The translations under genes and the position numbers were made by a program. The notes beneath the pieces were generated by a model. That model was given only the letters and a program-made list of their open reading frames with translations. It was not told the origin of the DNA and did not search any database. This document shows, one piece after another, positions 28,937 to 40,037 of a stretch of DNA of 64,000 bases. Source of the stretch: Syntrophales bacterium (lineage in GTDB: Bacteria; Desulfobacterota; Syntrophia; Syntrophales; UBA2210); the NCBI GenBank assembly GCA_963662405.2, contig CAXXKT010000001.1, positions 288,001-352,000 on the forward strand, given 5' to 3'. Each line of letters starts with the position of its first letter. Within the stretch, counting starts at the first letter, position 1.

Positions 28937-31900
28937 ATGAACAAATCCAGAATTCATGCTCATTACACATTTATATTAACCGTAATCTTTCTGATTGTAC
29001 TGGGCATAGGTATTACTAGGGGAGGCAATGCAGCGACGATTGATGTTTATGTAAAAAACGTCAATGGTGCTTATGTACAAAATGCGTCTGTAAAGCTCTA
29101 CAATGTTTCTTGGGTGCCGCTTGCAACAAAGAGAGAGGTGGTCGGGTTTCTTTGGACAGGTAACAGGGATTTATAAGTGGGAAGTTGCCCTGTGTTTGTG
29201 TTCATGCCGCAGCCTGTCCCTGTGGTAGTGACTCAAAATAAACCATAGCCGGTGTCTTCCTGTCAAAAGTATTGTGCCACCGTTTCTCGTTGTAGAATTG
29301 AAAGTAGTCGGTAAGCCCTTTCTTCAACTCTTTCATTGAACCGTATGCATTCAGATAGATATCTTCGTACTTGACGCTCTTCCAGAGCCGTTCGATAAAG
29401 ACATTATCCATCCATCGACCCTTACCATCCATGCTGATGGAGATGTCATGAGAGCGAAGGACATCAGTGAATGCCTCTGAGGTAAACTGACTGCCCTGAT
29501 CGGTGTTGAAAATATCCGGGCACCCATACGTGGAGAGAGCTTCTTCCAAAGCATCCACACAAAACGCACTGTCCAACGTATTCGACAGCCGCCAGGAGAG
29601 GACCATCCGACTCGCCCAGTCCATAACGGCTACCAGATAACAGAACCCTCGTTCCATGGGAATATACGTGATATCGGCAGACCATACGTGGTTGGGACGG
29701 ATGATATCAAGTCCCCGTAACAGATACGGATATATCGGGTGCTGGGGATGCTTTATCGATAATCTCGGCTTGATGTACAACGCCTCGATCCCCATGCGAC
29801 GCATCAACCGACGTACCTTATCACGTCCGATATCATACCCTCTCTGCCACAGCTCATTGCGAATCTTCCGACTCCCATAGAAGGGATACTGAAGATGAAT
29901 CTCATCGATCTGACGCATCAGCTCCAGATCCTTCGTGCTGACTGGAACCGGGGTGTAGTACACACTCGATCGGGACAGTTCCAAGAGTTCGCATTGACGG
30001 GTTATGGGCACACTCTTTTCTCTCTTGATCATCGCTTTGCGCTCGTTCCGTTGATGCGACCGAGCGCATGTGATAAAAAATCATTCTCCATCGATAACTG
30101 TCCGATCTTGGCGTGAAGTTCTTTCACATCCGGACCCTGGTTGTCCTTATGACCCTTGCCAAATACGTCCGATGCATGATCCAACAGCTGCTTCTTCCAT
30201 GCAGTAATCTGGTTCGGGTGAACCTGATACCGCTCGGCAAGCTCAACGATCGTCTGGTCCCCTTTCAGGGCCTCCAATGCCACCTTCGCCTTGAAGGATG
30301 GTGCATGATTCCTCCGTGGTCTCTTGCTCATATCTCTTTCCTCCTTACCTCTACTATAGAGCAACTTCACCACTTATGCACCTGTCCAAATTTGCCCGAC
30401 CAGCTCTGAGTACGGATGCAAACGGATATGTGAGATTTGCGCTCCTGGACTATGGAACTTATCATTACGAAGTCCGGTATACAGGGGATACTGTGGAGTT
30501 TTGGGGTAGTGATGAGAATATTTCACTCCAACAGCCTCTTATCACGCGTTCTTTCACCCGCAACTGGCCTTATAAACACGATGAGGAATTGCCTTCTAAT
30601 CCTTATGTTGGTGAGGATGTGCAACTGAAATGCACCGTTAAAAACAACTTATCCTATTCCAGAAATGTCAGAGTTGAACTCTGGGTCGACAGAAACAAAA
30701 GTAGCTCTTGGGATTTTTATGAACTTAGCTCAGCACAAACGGTCTCGGGAAATGGCGATACAAAGACTTTTACCTTTGAAATAACACCTAATAGCTCTGG
30801 AACATACTATTGGAAGGCATATGTGCGGAGTTGGAACGATGGATCGGATGCTTTCCTTGTTACTGACACAACCGGGTGGAATACAGCTTTTACCGCCAGT
30901 TATCAAACAGGTTCTGTCGCCATCTATGTTGAGAACATAAACGGCACAAGGACCCAAGGGTGCGAGGTCATTCTGGATGATGATATTGAGATTACGGATT
31001 CATCTGGCAAGGCAACTTTTTCATCTGTGCGTTATGGAGATTATCACTATGAGGTGTATTACGATGGAACCGGCACCAAGGAGTTCTGGGGAAATGATCA
31101 AATTACTGTTGACAGCTCATCAGAGTTAGACACCTTCCGCCGCAATTGGCCGTATAAAAGCAGTGAATTGCTCCCGAGTGATCCGAACATTGGTCAGAAT
31201 GTTCAGATACAAATAACGGCTAAAAACAACCTTTCGTTTTCGCGGAATGTGAAGGTGGAACTGTGGGTTGACAGAGATAAAAACAGCGCTTGGGATTTTC
31301 ATGAGCTTAGCGGGTACCAGTCAATCTCTGGAAGCGGTGGCACCAAAGTGTTTATCTTCAATATAATTCCCAATACTTCGGGGACTCATTACTGGAAGGC
31401 ACACATTTTGAGTTGGAACGATGGTGCGGGCAATTATATCGTAACGGATACGACTGGATGGGAGACTGCATTCAACGTTTCAGGAGAACCACTACCACCT
31501 CTAACAGGGCGAATCGTATTTCATCGTGATTCTGATAACTACAACTCTCCACATCCAGCAAATACTCCTGATGACGGCCATGTGTTTGTTTATAATCTTG
31601 CATGTGGGATTTCTCCGTCTAAAGTAACGAACGGTTTAGACTTGGGCAATGCCATGAATCCCCACTTTTCCCCAGATGGATCGAAAATAACCTTTATGGC
31701 CATTCCCAGCGGCCAGTCCTTATCTTGGGATTATATGCGAGTTTATGTGCTCGATCTCGCGGACAATTCGCTCAGCGACCTCGGTATTGGTCAAGATCCT
31801 AAATTTTCACCTGAACCACCATTTATAATTTTCAAAGGATGGGACTCTAACACAAATGAGTGGCAGATATGCAAGATGCAGTCTGATGGGAGTCAACGGG

Positions 31901-34047
31901 TGCGAATTACAGATACTGTGGGAGAGAAATCAGGACCGAATTACTCCCCTGATGGTCATCATATCGTGTACTGGCTCAATGCCAAGGAAAATGCGGATAT
32001 TTGGCGCATAAACGCGGATGGCTCCGGGGCAGTATCTCTTGTCGCAAACCCCGGAATCCAAGACTACTATCCCATATATCATAATGCTAACAATATGCTA
32101 TATGCGCAGTGGGACTCTTCAACTGAACCCCATCCAGACAAGATTTATAACTTGGACATCTCAGAGGGAGTGCCGGGTGTGCCCACCAAGTTAGGACTGA
32201 ACTCTGATGGAAATGAATACGAAGATGCAGATGCTTTTCCGGTTGTTGATCTTATTGGTTTCTCAAGCACCAGAAAAAACGGATGGCCGGATTACGACCT
32301 ATACATTGCAGGAGACAGCGGATCACCGTTCGGCGAGATTGCAAATGCAAACTCAACACTTGGCGAACTTGGCGGAGCCTACTCACCATACGCTTATGCC
32401 AGGAAACTCAAGATGATCTCACCGGCAGATGACACAACCCTGATAGCTGGTTCCTCATACACTCTGAAAGTGAGGGCCTATTCAAACGGAGGTGTCTGGT
32501 CGGGGGCAAATCCGTCTGTAACATTTCAGGGGCAGAGTTCGCAAACATATACAACTTTGAGAGATGATGGCATAGGGGGTGATAAAGCCTCTGGTGATGG
32601 CATTTATTCTAAAACAGTCACGTTGCCATTAACAACAGGTGACTATTCCGTCACCTCCACCGCGGTTTCTTACGATAGTGGCTTCGAGAATAATATCGGA
32701 TCCAGAACAACTGGAGTTACTCTTGCTAGCAGTGGCAATGAAACTAGAATTATTAGTTTATCGGGCAACTTGGTTTTTGGGAGTGTAATGGTGGGCCAGC
32801 CAGCGCAACAGACCCTGACGATTTATAACAATGGGACCGATACACTGATGATTTCCGACATCAGCTATCCCGAGGGTTTCAGCGGGGACTGGGATGATGG
32901 ATCGATCAACCCAGGAGATTATCAAGATATCATTGTTATTTTTGCACCGACAGAAGAAAAAGGCTATGGTGATACGATCACGGTCAGTTCGAACGCGACG
33001 GGTGGGGACAACACCATATCCTGTTCGGGAACGGGGACGACAATTTCCACAGCTGGCATACCTTCAAGCATCGATGTTCCGACGAGCGACGGCGACGGCA
33101 ACTATACGGTGCGTTGGGGGGCATCCAGCACTGTCAATGTTATATATGTTTTGGAAGAGGCCACGAATGACGAATTTTCCAGTGGTCTTCGGGAAGCATA
33201 TTCTGGATCTTCCCTCAGCACGACGATCATCGAACGTAGCAGTGGTACGACCTATTACTATCGTGTGAAAGCGACTCGGAGCGGCTATACTGACAGTACC
33301 TGGCGGGAAAGTACGAATGGATGTGCGGTGACGGGTACTGACCCCAAGTTGTGTTGTGATATGGACTATGTTCCCTGTTCATCAGGGGGACCTTGTTATC
33401 CCTTTGATTACGAGGGATATCACTTGCCCCCATCTTGGTGCCCGGGTACGGATACTGGCTCCGATCCCGGTGGTTGCTGCAAGGCGATTATAATCATCGG
33501 TGACCATCCAGATGATCAAGTGAGGGCATTTCAGACGGGGAGTAGAATCGGAATCAAGATTATGATTTTAGTCGGAGGCGCTTTCTGGGCCGAGGATGTC
33601 TCGACAACAGGAATCGGTCTAGGAACCTATTCCACGGAGATTGAAGCACGCGAGGGTGGCTACCCGTCGGTCTTTGCGGAAAATAAGTATTATGCAGACT
33701 ACGAGGAACAGACTGAAGTGACCGCTATTCAGTCCGATACTGTGTGTGCGGTTCCTCCAGCGAGCAGAGCAAGGATTGTCAGATCTGTAGCAACAAGCCT
33801 GACTTCTGGGTATGTAATAACGCCCACTGATATAGAGGAGGTGCGCGCTTACTGGGCGATCAACATCCCAAAAGTCCGCATTGATCCATCTCTGATTGAA
33901 GATGGATCGCTTATCTCCGTGATAATCGAATTGCTGGATTCTACAGGCGCTGTGGTCTGCGAACGTGTCTACGATATTGCCTATGTAGGCTGTCAACGGG
34001 CCATGCCCTGGATACCGTTACTGTTGCTTAGAAATCCAGAAGAGTGA
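28937..34047 (+). pseudogene. Large secreted/surface protein (duplicated Ig-like repeats, TolB-like propeller, Ig/FN3-like domains) interrupted by IS3
   Basis: Removing the IS and one GAG restores the frame (...VPLATKSTDANGYV...), giving about 1277 aa. Signal peptide, PD40-like FSPDG repeats, C-terminal AMPWIPLLLL. Confidence 0.85.
29134..30407 (-). mobile_element. IS3-family element, copy 2 (1274 bp, 3-bp TSD GAG)
   Basis: Near-identical to copy 1; GAG at 29131-33 and 30408-10. OrfA ends at 30029; OrfB is 29202-30032. Confidence 0.92.
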
Positions 34048-34374
34048 TAGTGATCCTTTCAGTTCGGTTTTTGGTAATTGATATTTTGTTCTTGTTCCTT
34101 TTTGTTGATTTCCATATGTAATATAGCATTACGATTGTAGTGCCTCAAAACAACACTTCAGGAAGAAACCTTTTCTACCCGAAAACCTCCAAAACAATTC
34201 ATGCATATTACGTTCATTTTTTACTACCCGAGCTTTTGAAACTATTAACAAATCTCAACATCTAATATCGTTACGATCTGTAATCATTATGCAAATAATG
34301 TAACTAATCGGTCAGCTTGGGACACAGCGCTAATGCTCTCCTTGCGTCTCGCGTGTTCGTTCTCATTTTCCACG

Positions 34375-34986
34375 TCACTTCCTTTTTGTATTTTTGTTTT
34401 TGCGGTTATGAATCCATTTTTCTACCCTCTGAAACGCCTCGTCCCTTGATGGATCATCGTCACGGATTCTTTCAAGCTGAGAGATCGCTATCTCGGCGTA
34501 GTGTACTGCCAGCTTTCTATCTCTTCCGCGATTGGTCCCTTCTGTTGCCCCCTGACAGTCAGATTGTCCACCGTTATCGCCGGTATAGGTCGCTTCCCTT
34601 GCTATCTTATACACATGGGCCGCAGTAACCTTACCTTCCGGTGCGGTTTCAACGGCCTTCTGCCAAACCTCACGCTGCTTTTCAGGCTCAAGCCTGGCGA
34701 GGGGACGGGTTTGGCGTTCTGAAGAAGGAGTAATGTCTCCCATGGGAGACAAAACTTCTATCACTTTTGCCGAATCCATTAGTCGGTATGCATGAGCTCG
34801 GTTAAAATCCCACTCCTTCTTACAGTATGCCTCGAATGTCTCGTACCCCTTCACGTCCCGGTACAATCCCCGATCCCGGATCTCCATCAAGGCACGGCCA
34901 ACCTCATAGAAGGTCTGCTGACCACGACGAATAATATCTTCCAAGTGTTCCATGTCTTGCCTGTTCCTCACAATAGTCAACTCCAT
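34375..34986 (-). CDS. Phage/island-associated hypothetical protein
   Basis: FYEVGRALMEIRD..LYR...TFEAYC...W pattern seen in mobile-element proteins; SD present. Confidence 0.75.
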   Translation of the reverse strand: MELTIVRNRQDMEHLEDIIRRGQQTFYEVGRALMEIRDRGLYRDVKGYETFEAYCKKEWDFNRAHAYRLMDSAKVIEVLSPMGDITPSSERQTRPLARLEPEKQREVWQKAVETAPEGKVTAAHVYKIAREATYTGDNGGQSDCQGATEGTNRGRDRKLAVHYAEIAISQLERIRDDDPSRDEAFQRVEKWIHNRKNKNTKRK

Positions 34987-35244
34987 ATCTCATTACCTCC
35001 TCAGCCGGTAATCCGGCAGGTTAATCTTTAATATCTTCATTACTGCCATGTGAGACGCGATCCGCCTCGACACCTCACCTTTTCCCTTGCTCTTCAACAA
35101 TTGTTCCTTACCTTTTTCTACCTTTCCTTACCGTTTAATCCCTCGTTTTTCCCTTTTGAGATTCTCATTGTTGTATACGAGAACCTGACAAAACCTAATG
35201 TCAAAATCCAATTTGTCTTGTAAGTTGAAAAGTAAATCCTCCAA

Positions 35245-36972
35245 TTATTGTCGCGCCATTTCATCAAACCGCGAGTACTCCCCGTGGAAGTAAAGCAAAC
35301 ACTCTCCCCCACTGTTGTAACGGCTTGCCTCAATCCTCACCAGCGTCACAGGGTCATAGGCTTCTGTCGCCAGTTCTCCTCTGTTTCCCTGGCTCCTGGC
35401 TCGGTGCAAGATGATCAGGTGATCGCAATCGGAAAATATTGATGAAGAATCCTTCAGATCCATTGCGGTCATGATGCTATCGGCTTGGATCTTCCGGGGC
35501 TGTGCTATCAGGATGATGGGGATTTCGAGTTCTTCAGCAAGAAATTTGAATGACTGGACCGCTTGCCCGATTTCCTGCACTTGGTTGGTTATAGACCGAC
35601 AAAGAAAGTGGAGGTGGTCAAATGCGATTAACTTCAGGCCATAGCGCCGGATCGCTGCTTTCAGTGTCTCCATGACCCCTTCAAGTGTAGGTCTCTGATA
35701 GCAATATCCCAAATAAAAGGGTTTTCCCTTGAAGCTGTTTTGTACCTTTTTGAGTTCATCCAAACCAATCTCCTCTGCCTCGTTATAACATTGCATTACC
35801 TTACGTATGATCTTTGTTGGTCTCATTTCGAGGCAGAAGAAAAGAGAGGGGATATTCTGAAGGACATTATGAGTGACAACCTGTAAGGCAAGGGTTGACT
35901 TTCCAATCTTCGGGGGCGCGGATAGAACGACCAGTTCCCCTGGCATGAATCCCGTTTTGATGATCCGGTCAATATCAGCCCAGCCGGTTCGAATCCCTGT
36001 TTCTTGTTCGAGCCGTTGTGCTTCTTCACGGTACTTTTTAAGCCCTTCGGCAAATGACACGATCCCGGCAACATCAAATTGGCGTGCCTCACTGACCGCG
36101 TCCGAGAATTCGGCATGACCGCTCCCATCTCGGAACAAATCGTTTACGTCCTGGCCACCTGGTAAAACCACATTGAAGCACCGATCATAACCAAGGCGCC
36201 GGGCCACTTCCCGGGCTCCCTTCTGTCCGGGTTCGTCCGGGTCATAGCAAAGGTATATTTTTTTCACGGCTTGAAGCTGGTCGACCCATGACGGATCGAA
36301 TGAACCCGCTCCGGTAGTAACTCCCACAACGTTTTTCAAACCCTGATCGATCAGTGTCAGTGCGTCAATTTCACCCTCAGTGATAAAGATTTCCTCTGGG
36401 TGATCTTCTAGGGCATTGCCGTTGAAGAGGATCGACCGACAACCCTTCTCACGTCGGAAGGTCTTTTCCACGGGGGGTAGAGACCGGCTCTTGATATTTA
36501 TCAAACGACCCTTCTCATAGTGGGGGATGGTCAACCATCGGCCTCCGTCCTTATCAATCTGCAAGCCGATTTTGAAAGCCTTGACGGTCTCCATGCTGAT
36601 TCCTCTGGCCTCCGTTATGTATCTCAGAGCTTCTGAATCGGTCACGAGACGCTCATGGGCTTCTACGGCCTTCTTATCGTCCGGCACGATAGAAGGGGTT
36701 TCTTTGTCCTCGAAAGCCTGCCTGACGGCCCCTTGTGGCTTCTGGTTCATGTGTCTGGTCCCTCGCTGTGTTTCATAGTCCCCATAATATTTTCGAAGGG
36801 TGATGAGGTTTCCCCGCTCCTGGCATTTGTGGCAATAAAAAGCGCCTTCTCCCGGATCCATGTAGAAATGGCCCTTCGCGTCTCCGCAAAAGGGACAAAT
36901 TTTCAGGACCGCCTGTCCCGATTGAATCCGGTACTCAAAGCTCTTGCTCTGAATGTATTCGAGTGCTGTCAT
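35245..36972 (-). CDS. Primase-helicase (Zn finger + TOPRIM + DnaB-like helicase)
   Basis: CPFC...CHKC; ITEGEIDAL, YDPDEPG; SAPPKIGKS, FDHLH, IAQPRK. Confidence 0.92.
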   Translation of the reverse strand: MTALEYIQSKSFEYRIQSGQAVLKICPFCGDAKGHFYMDPGEGAFYCHKCQERGNLITLRKYYGDYETQRGTRHMNQKPQGAVRQAFEDKETPSIVPDDKKAVEAHERLVTDSEALRYITEARGISMETVKAFKIGLQIDKDGGRWLTIPHYEKGRLINIKSRSLPPVEKTFRREKGCRSILFNGNALEDHPEEIFITEGEIDALTLIDQGLKNVVGVTTGAGSFDPSWVDQLQAVKKIYLCYDPDEPGQKGAREVARRLGYDRCFNVVLPGGQDVNDLFRDGSGHAEFSDAVSEARQFDVAGIVSFAEGLKKYREEAQRLEQETGIRTGWADIDRIIKTGFMPGELVVLSAPPKIGKSTLALQVVTHNVLQNIPSLFFCLEMRPTKIIRKVMQCYNEAEEIGLDELKKVQNSFKGKPFYLGYCYQRPTLEGVMETLKAAIRRYGLKLIAFDHLHFLCRSITNQVQEIGQAVQSFKFLAEELEIPIILIAQPRKIQADSIMTAMDLKDSSSIFSDCDHLIILHRARSQGNRGELATEAYDPVTLVRIEASRYNSGGECLLYFHGEYSRFDEMARQ

Positions 36973-37766
36973 ATAATGTTAATCCCCTTGTCTCGATAAT
37001 AATCATCAAGGGCACGGCTCCCTGTTGATTTCATGGTATGACCGTCTCTCTCACTTTCTTCCGGTTTCAGATTGCGTATGATCCCCAGGAGATACTTTTC
37101 GTTCTTCCCCTGTCCAGCATACCCCTTTTCGAGGTAAGCCCTGATTCCCGTCATTACCGATTCAATCGGGTATTGATTCCATGCCTGTAGGATGGATAAC
37201 TTCACACTATCTGTAATCTGGTTTGTTTTTCTGATCGATGCTATGGCCTGAAATACCTGGTTAATAGTTTCCTGATCCTGATATCTGTCTCTCATGACAG
37301 AGATTTCAGAAAGAATTTCTTCGGGAGTTCTTTTTTTCTTTTCTTTCTTTAACTTCTTATTTGTGTGCACCTGTTGTGCGTCTGTTGTAACGTCTGGTGC
37401 TACGTCTGTTGTATCAATTTCTATTTCTGTTGATTGATATTTATCATAATTACAAATAGTTATTATGATAAATCTGTTGCTACGACTGATGTAACACATA
37501 CCCCGTACTTCGAGTGAGGTGAGAAATGAGTTCACTCGTCTTCTTGACCAGCCAAAAAGTTCCGACAGTTTGAGCGCTGATATGATGAATTGTCCTCGAT
37601 CCACTTGGATATACTGATTCCTAAAATTCACGATCCCGTGCTTATAGTTCGCGCGAGAATATATATATGTCCACGCGTAACCATCACACCACGGTTTACG
37701 CTCAGATATTTCATGATGGAATTGATCTCGCCAGAGTTTGACCCATCCAGAATCTTTACCGCTCAT
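36969..37766 (-). CDS. Phage-type replication initiator/organiser protein
   Basis: GWVKLWR N-terminus, RGQFI, ITICNYDKYQ; internal 12-bp repeats; overlaps the helicase start. Confidence 0.7.
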   Translation of the reverse strand: MSGKDSGWVKLWRDQFHHEISERKPWCDGYAWTYIYSRANYKHGIVNFRNQYIQVDRGQFIISALKLSELFGWSRRRVNSFLTSLEVRGMCYISRSNRFIIITICNYDKYQSTEIEIDTTDVAPDVTTDAQQVHTNKKLKKEKKKRTPEEILSEISVMRDRYQDQETINQVFQAIASIRKTNQITDSVKLSILQAWNQYPIESVMTGIRAYLEKGYAGQGKNEKYLLGIIRNLKPEESERDGHTMKSTGSRALDDYYRDKGINII

Positions 37767-38004
37767 AGTACCGCTCCAAGAAGGAGAATAGATCCTCCTT
37801 CAGATTATTGCTTTTGCTCAAAATTCCGAAAAGGGAGATGAAGCCATCCCGATCAAGGTCAATTCCGGTGTATCGCCCTGTGCTGCAGGCAATCCTTAAA
37901 GGCACATCGGCGCTGCTGTCCGAAGCGTAGAAGAAATCAGCAAGTTGCTCAACCCTCGCCGCGTTTATGACACTACTCTCGTCATCTCCCGTTTTATTTG
38001 GCAT
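37756..38004 (-). CDS. Hypothetical protein
   Basis: Tightly packed in the backbone operon. Confidence 0.6.
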   Translation of the reverse strand: MPNKTGDDESSVINAARVEQLADFFYASDSSADVPLRIACSTGRYTGIDLDRDGFISLFGILSKSNNLKEDLFSFLERYYER

Positions 38005-38010
38005 CGATCA

Positions 38011-38196
38011 TCACGCCTCCGTAGGCTCAGATGGTAAAGGACCGTCCATGCCGCAACGCCGCCTGATTCGGGTTAATTTACGATCCCGGTTCTTGAGTTC
38101 TCGATTATGCAGAACTGATAGACCCCTCCGTAAAGCCACCTTATACTCGTCATTTGCCAGCACTATAAGTCCATCCTGGGTCATAATCTCTTTCAT
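38011..38196 (-). CDS. Hypothetical protein
   Basis: ATGA overlap with the upstream gene. Confidence 0.6.
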   Translation of the reverse strand: MKEIMTQDGLIVLANDEYKVALRRGLSVLHNRELKNRDRKLTRIRRRCGMDGPLPSEPTEA

Positions 38197-38384
38197 GTCC
38201 GCACCTCGATTTTCCGTGATTCCATATATTCAACGACATCCTGCAGAGAATATCTGATGGACCGGCCTGCCCTTGAAAAATTTATCCCGCGTTTCAAATG
38301 TCTGTTATTACGCAGGGTTGAAAGCGCAATGCCGGTCATCTGCGATACCTCTCGTTCATTTAAATACTTAATTTTGTTTTCCAT
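38193..38384 (-). CDS. HTH excisionase-like protein
   Basis: YLNEREVSQMTGIALSTLRN...GRSIRY. Confidence 0.8.
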   Translation of the reverse strand: MENKIKYLNEREVSQMTGIALSTLRNNRHLKRGINFSRAGRSIRYSLQDVVEYMESRKIEVRT

Positions 38385-38385
38385 A

Positions 38386-38595
38386 TTACTCGCCCTCGCA
38401 AATTGCCCGGATATCTTCAGCTCGCCAACATGTCACTCGTGGTGATAGTTTGACTGGTTTAGGGAAACGGCCGTCCTTTACTCCAAGCCACCAGTTTGAA
38501 CGGGAGACTGGAACGAACTTTAGGACCTGGCGGATCCTCAATAAGCCGGTTTGGGGAAGGTCTTGTATTTCAGGGATTTTCTGATCTTTTGGCAT
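38386..38595 (-). CDS. AlpA-family regulator/recombination directionality factor
   Basis: LLRIRQVL...VSRS.WW.GVKDGRFPKPVKL...W. Confidence 0.9.
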   Translation of the reverse strand: MPKDQKIPEIQDLPQTGLLRIRQVLKFVPVSRSNWWLGVKDGRFPKPVKLSPRVTCWRAEDIRAICEGE

Positions 38596-38655
38596 TGGCT
38601 ATCCTCCTGCGTGGTCTTGTATTGTCTTTTGGAGAACATATACACGAGGGGATAT

Positions 38656-38699
38656 GACGGTAAGCAGCTTACCCGGATTCCAGTAAGCCGCTTACCGTC
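38656..38699. promoter_or_regulatory. Double palindromic operator-like site
   Basis: ggtaagcagcttacc and gtaagccgcttac lie inside one 44-bp inverted repeat upstream of the AlpA gene. Confidence 0.55.
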
Positions 38700-38742
38700 C
38701 AACTTTTTTATGGATTGTATTTATTTGATTATGTGAGGATTT

Positions 38743-39936
38743 TTAGTTTTCTTGATCTTTGAGACGTTTCTTAGCTATTGGAATATATGATTTTTTAAAT
38801 GTTGAAAAAGCTATTGATTTTTCTGGTTTATTAGGGTTTCTCACATCGCGACTTCCATTCCATCGAGAGTAAACTCTTTTCTCATAACAGTACACCTCCC
38901 ATCCACATCCATCTACATTAACATTAATACATGAATCCTCTTTAACGTCTCTGCTAAAAGATTTCAAAACTCGTTCGTTACTATGCTCGGCTATTTGGGG
39001 TTTGCGCTGTAAAAATCGAATGACTGCCCCTAGAATCGGCTTATTATCCTTTGGTTGTTCTCCGCCTTTTTTGCCTATCCCTCTAAGATGTTCATCGATT
39101 GCAGAAGGTTTTTCCTGTTTGCCAGTTGGCGGTTTTTTTATGGGGATTAATGCAAAAGGCTCTGGGACAGCATACCCATTGTCCAAAGCCCAACCAAGAA
39201 AATCAGGAGGAGAAATGGTCACATCATCACATTTATCTCGGCCAGACATGGCAGAGTTATACTGATCAACAGGGTTTTTACTTTGGAGCCTTTCATCCCC
39301 CGCTTCATATCCTCGCATTGCTGTTTGCAGAAGTTTAGAGTACGCGTTCTTTTTGGAGTTCAGCCACTTTTCAATAATATTTTGAAACCCTTGATGCTTA
39401 CGTAAAAACAGCTGAAATTTATGGCCACTTATTACTTCACCGGGATTGAGATTCTTCCATAAGAATAGATTTAACTTACTTCTCGCGAAATTTTTTATAT
39501 CCACATCTGGATTGATATCGGCCAGTAAGGAGCAGGCCTCCCTCAGGGTCCAATACGCCTGTCTTTTCCAATGCGTGTAGTCTGGTCGCACAGCTTCTTC
39601 TATTTCCCCGATAATTCTCCCATCTGCTTTATCAGCCTTGCTTGCCAAAATCCCCTTTTCGTTAGTCCGTGCCCATTTGTCTATATCTTCTTCAGGCATC
39701 GTATTGAGCTCTCGTTCGAGTGACTCGCCTGTTAAGCTATTCAGATAAATAACTCTGTCCACCCTATCATTGCTTTCGGCCACCGGGACATCTCTCAGCG
39801 TTTTGAGCTTCCGCAACTGCTCTCTGTCTTTCTTAACCGCTTCCAGATTGGCCTTCCTGATAAGCTCTCGTTTCTCTTTCTCCCTCTCGGCCTCCTCGTT
39901 ACGTGCATTGACTCGCTCTTTGTCCTTGTGTTTCAC
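38743..39936 (-). CDS. Hypothetical protein (between integrase and AlpA gene)
   Basis: 397-aa ORF; YWTLREACSLL motif. Confidence 0.7.
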   Translation of the reverse strand: MKHKDKERVNARNEEAEREKEKRELIRKANLEAVKKDREQLRKLKTLRDVPVAESNDRVDRVIYLNSLTGESLERELNTMPEEDIDKWARTNEKGILASKADKADGRIIGEIEEAVRPDYTHWKRQAYWTLREACSLLADINPDVDIKNFARSKLNLFLWKNLNPGEVISGHKFQLFLRKHQGFQNIIEKWLNSKKNAYSKLLQTAMRGYEAGDERLQSKNPVDQYNSAMSGRDKCDDVTISPPDFLGWALDNGYAVPEPFALIPIKKPPTGKQEKPSAIDEHLRGIGKKGGEQPKDNKPILGAVIRFLQRKPQIAEHSNERVLKSFSRDVKEDSCINVNVDGCGWEVYCYEKRVYSRWNGSRDVRNPNKPEKSIAFSTFKKSYIPIAKKRLKDQEN

Positions 39937-40037
39937 GTTTCTTATCCGCCCCCTCCGCGGTCCCTGTAGTTTGTAGGGGGAAAGCGGCCAGGGTCGCCGC
40001 AGTTCGGCCTGCAGAGCCTATCCCCCACTTTCTCATG

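Noticed and set aside
22966..30407. IS3 composite transposon or IS-mediated inversion carrying the NTPase gene
   Set aside because: Each IS has its own matching TSD and restores its own target, so they are independent insertions.
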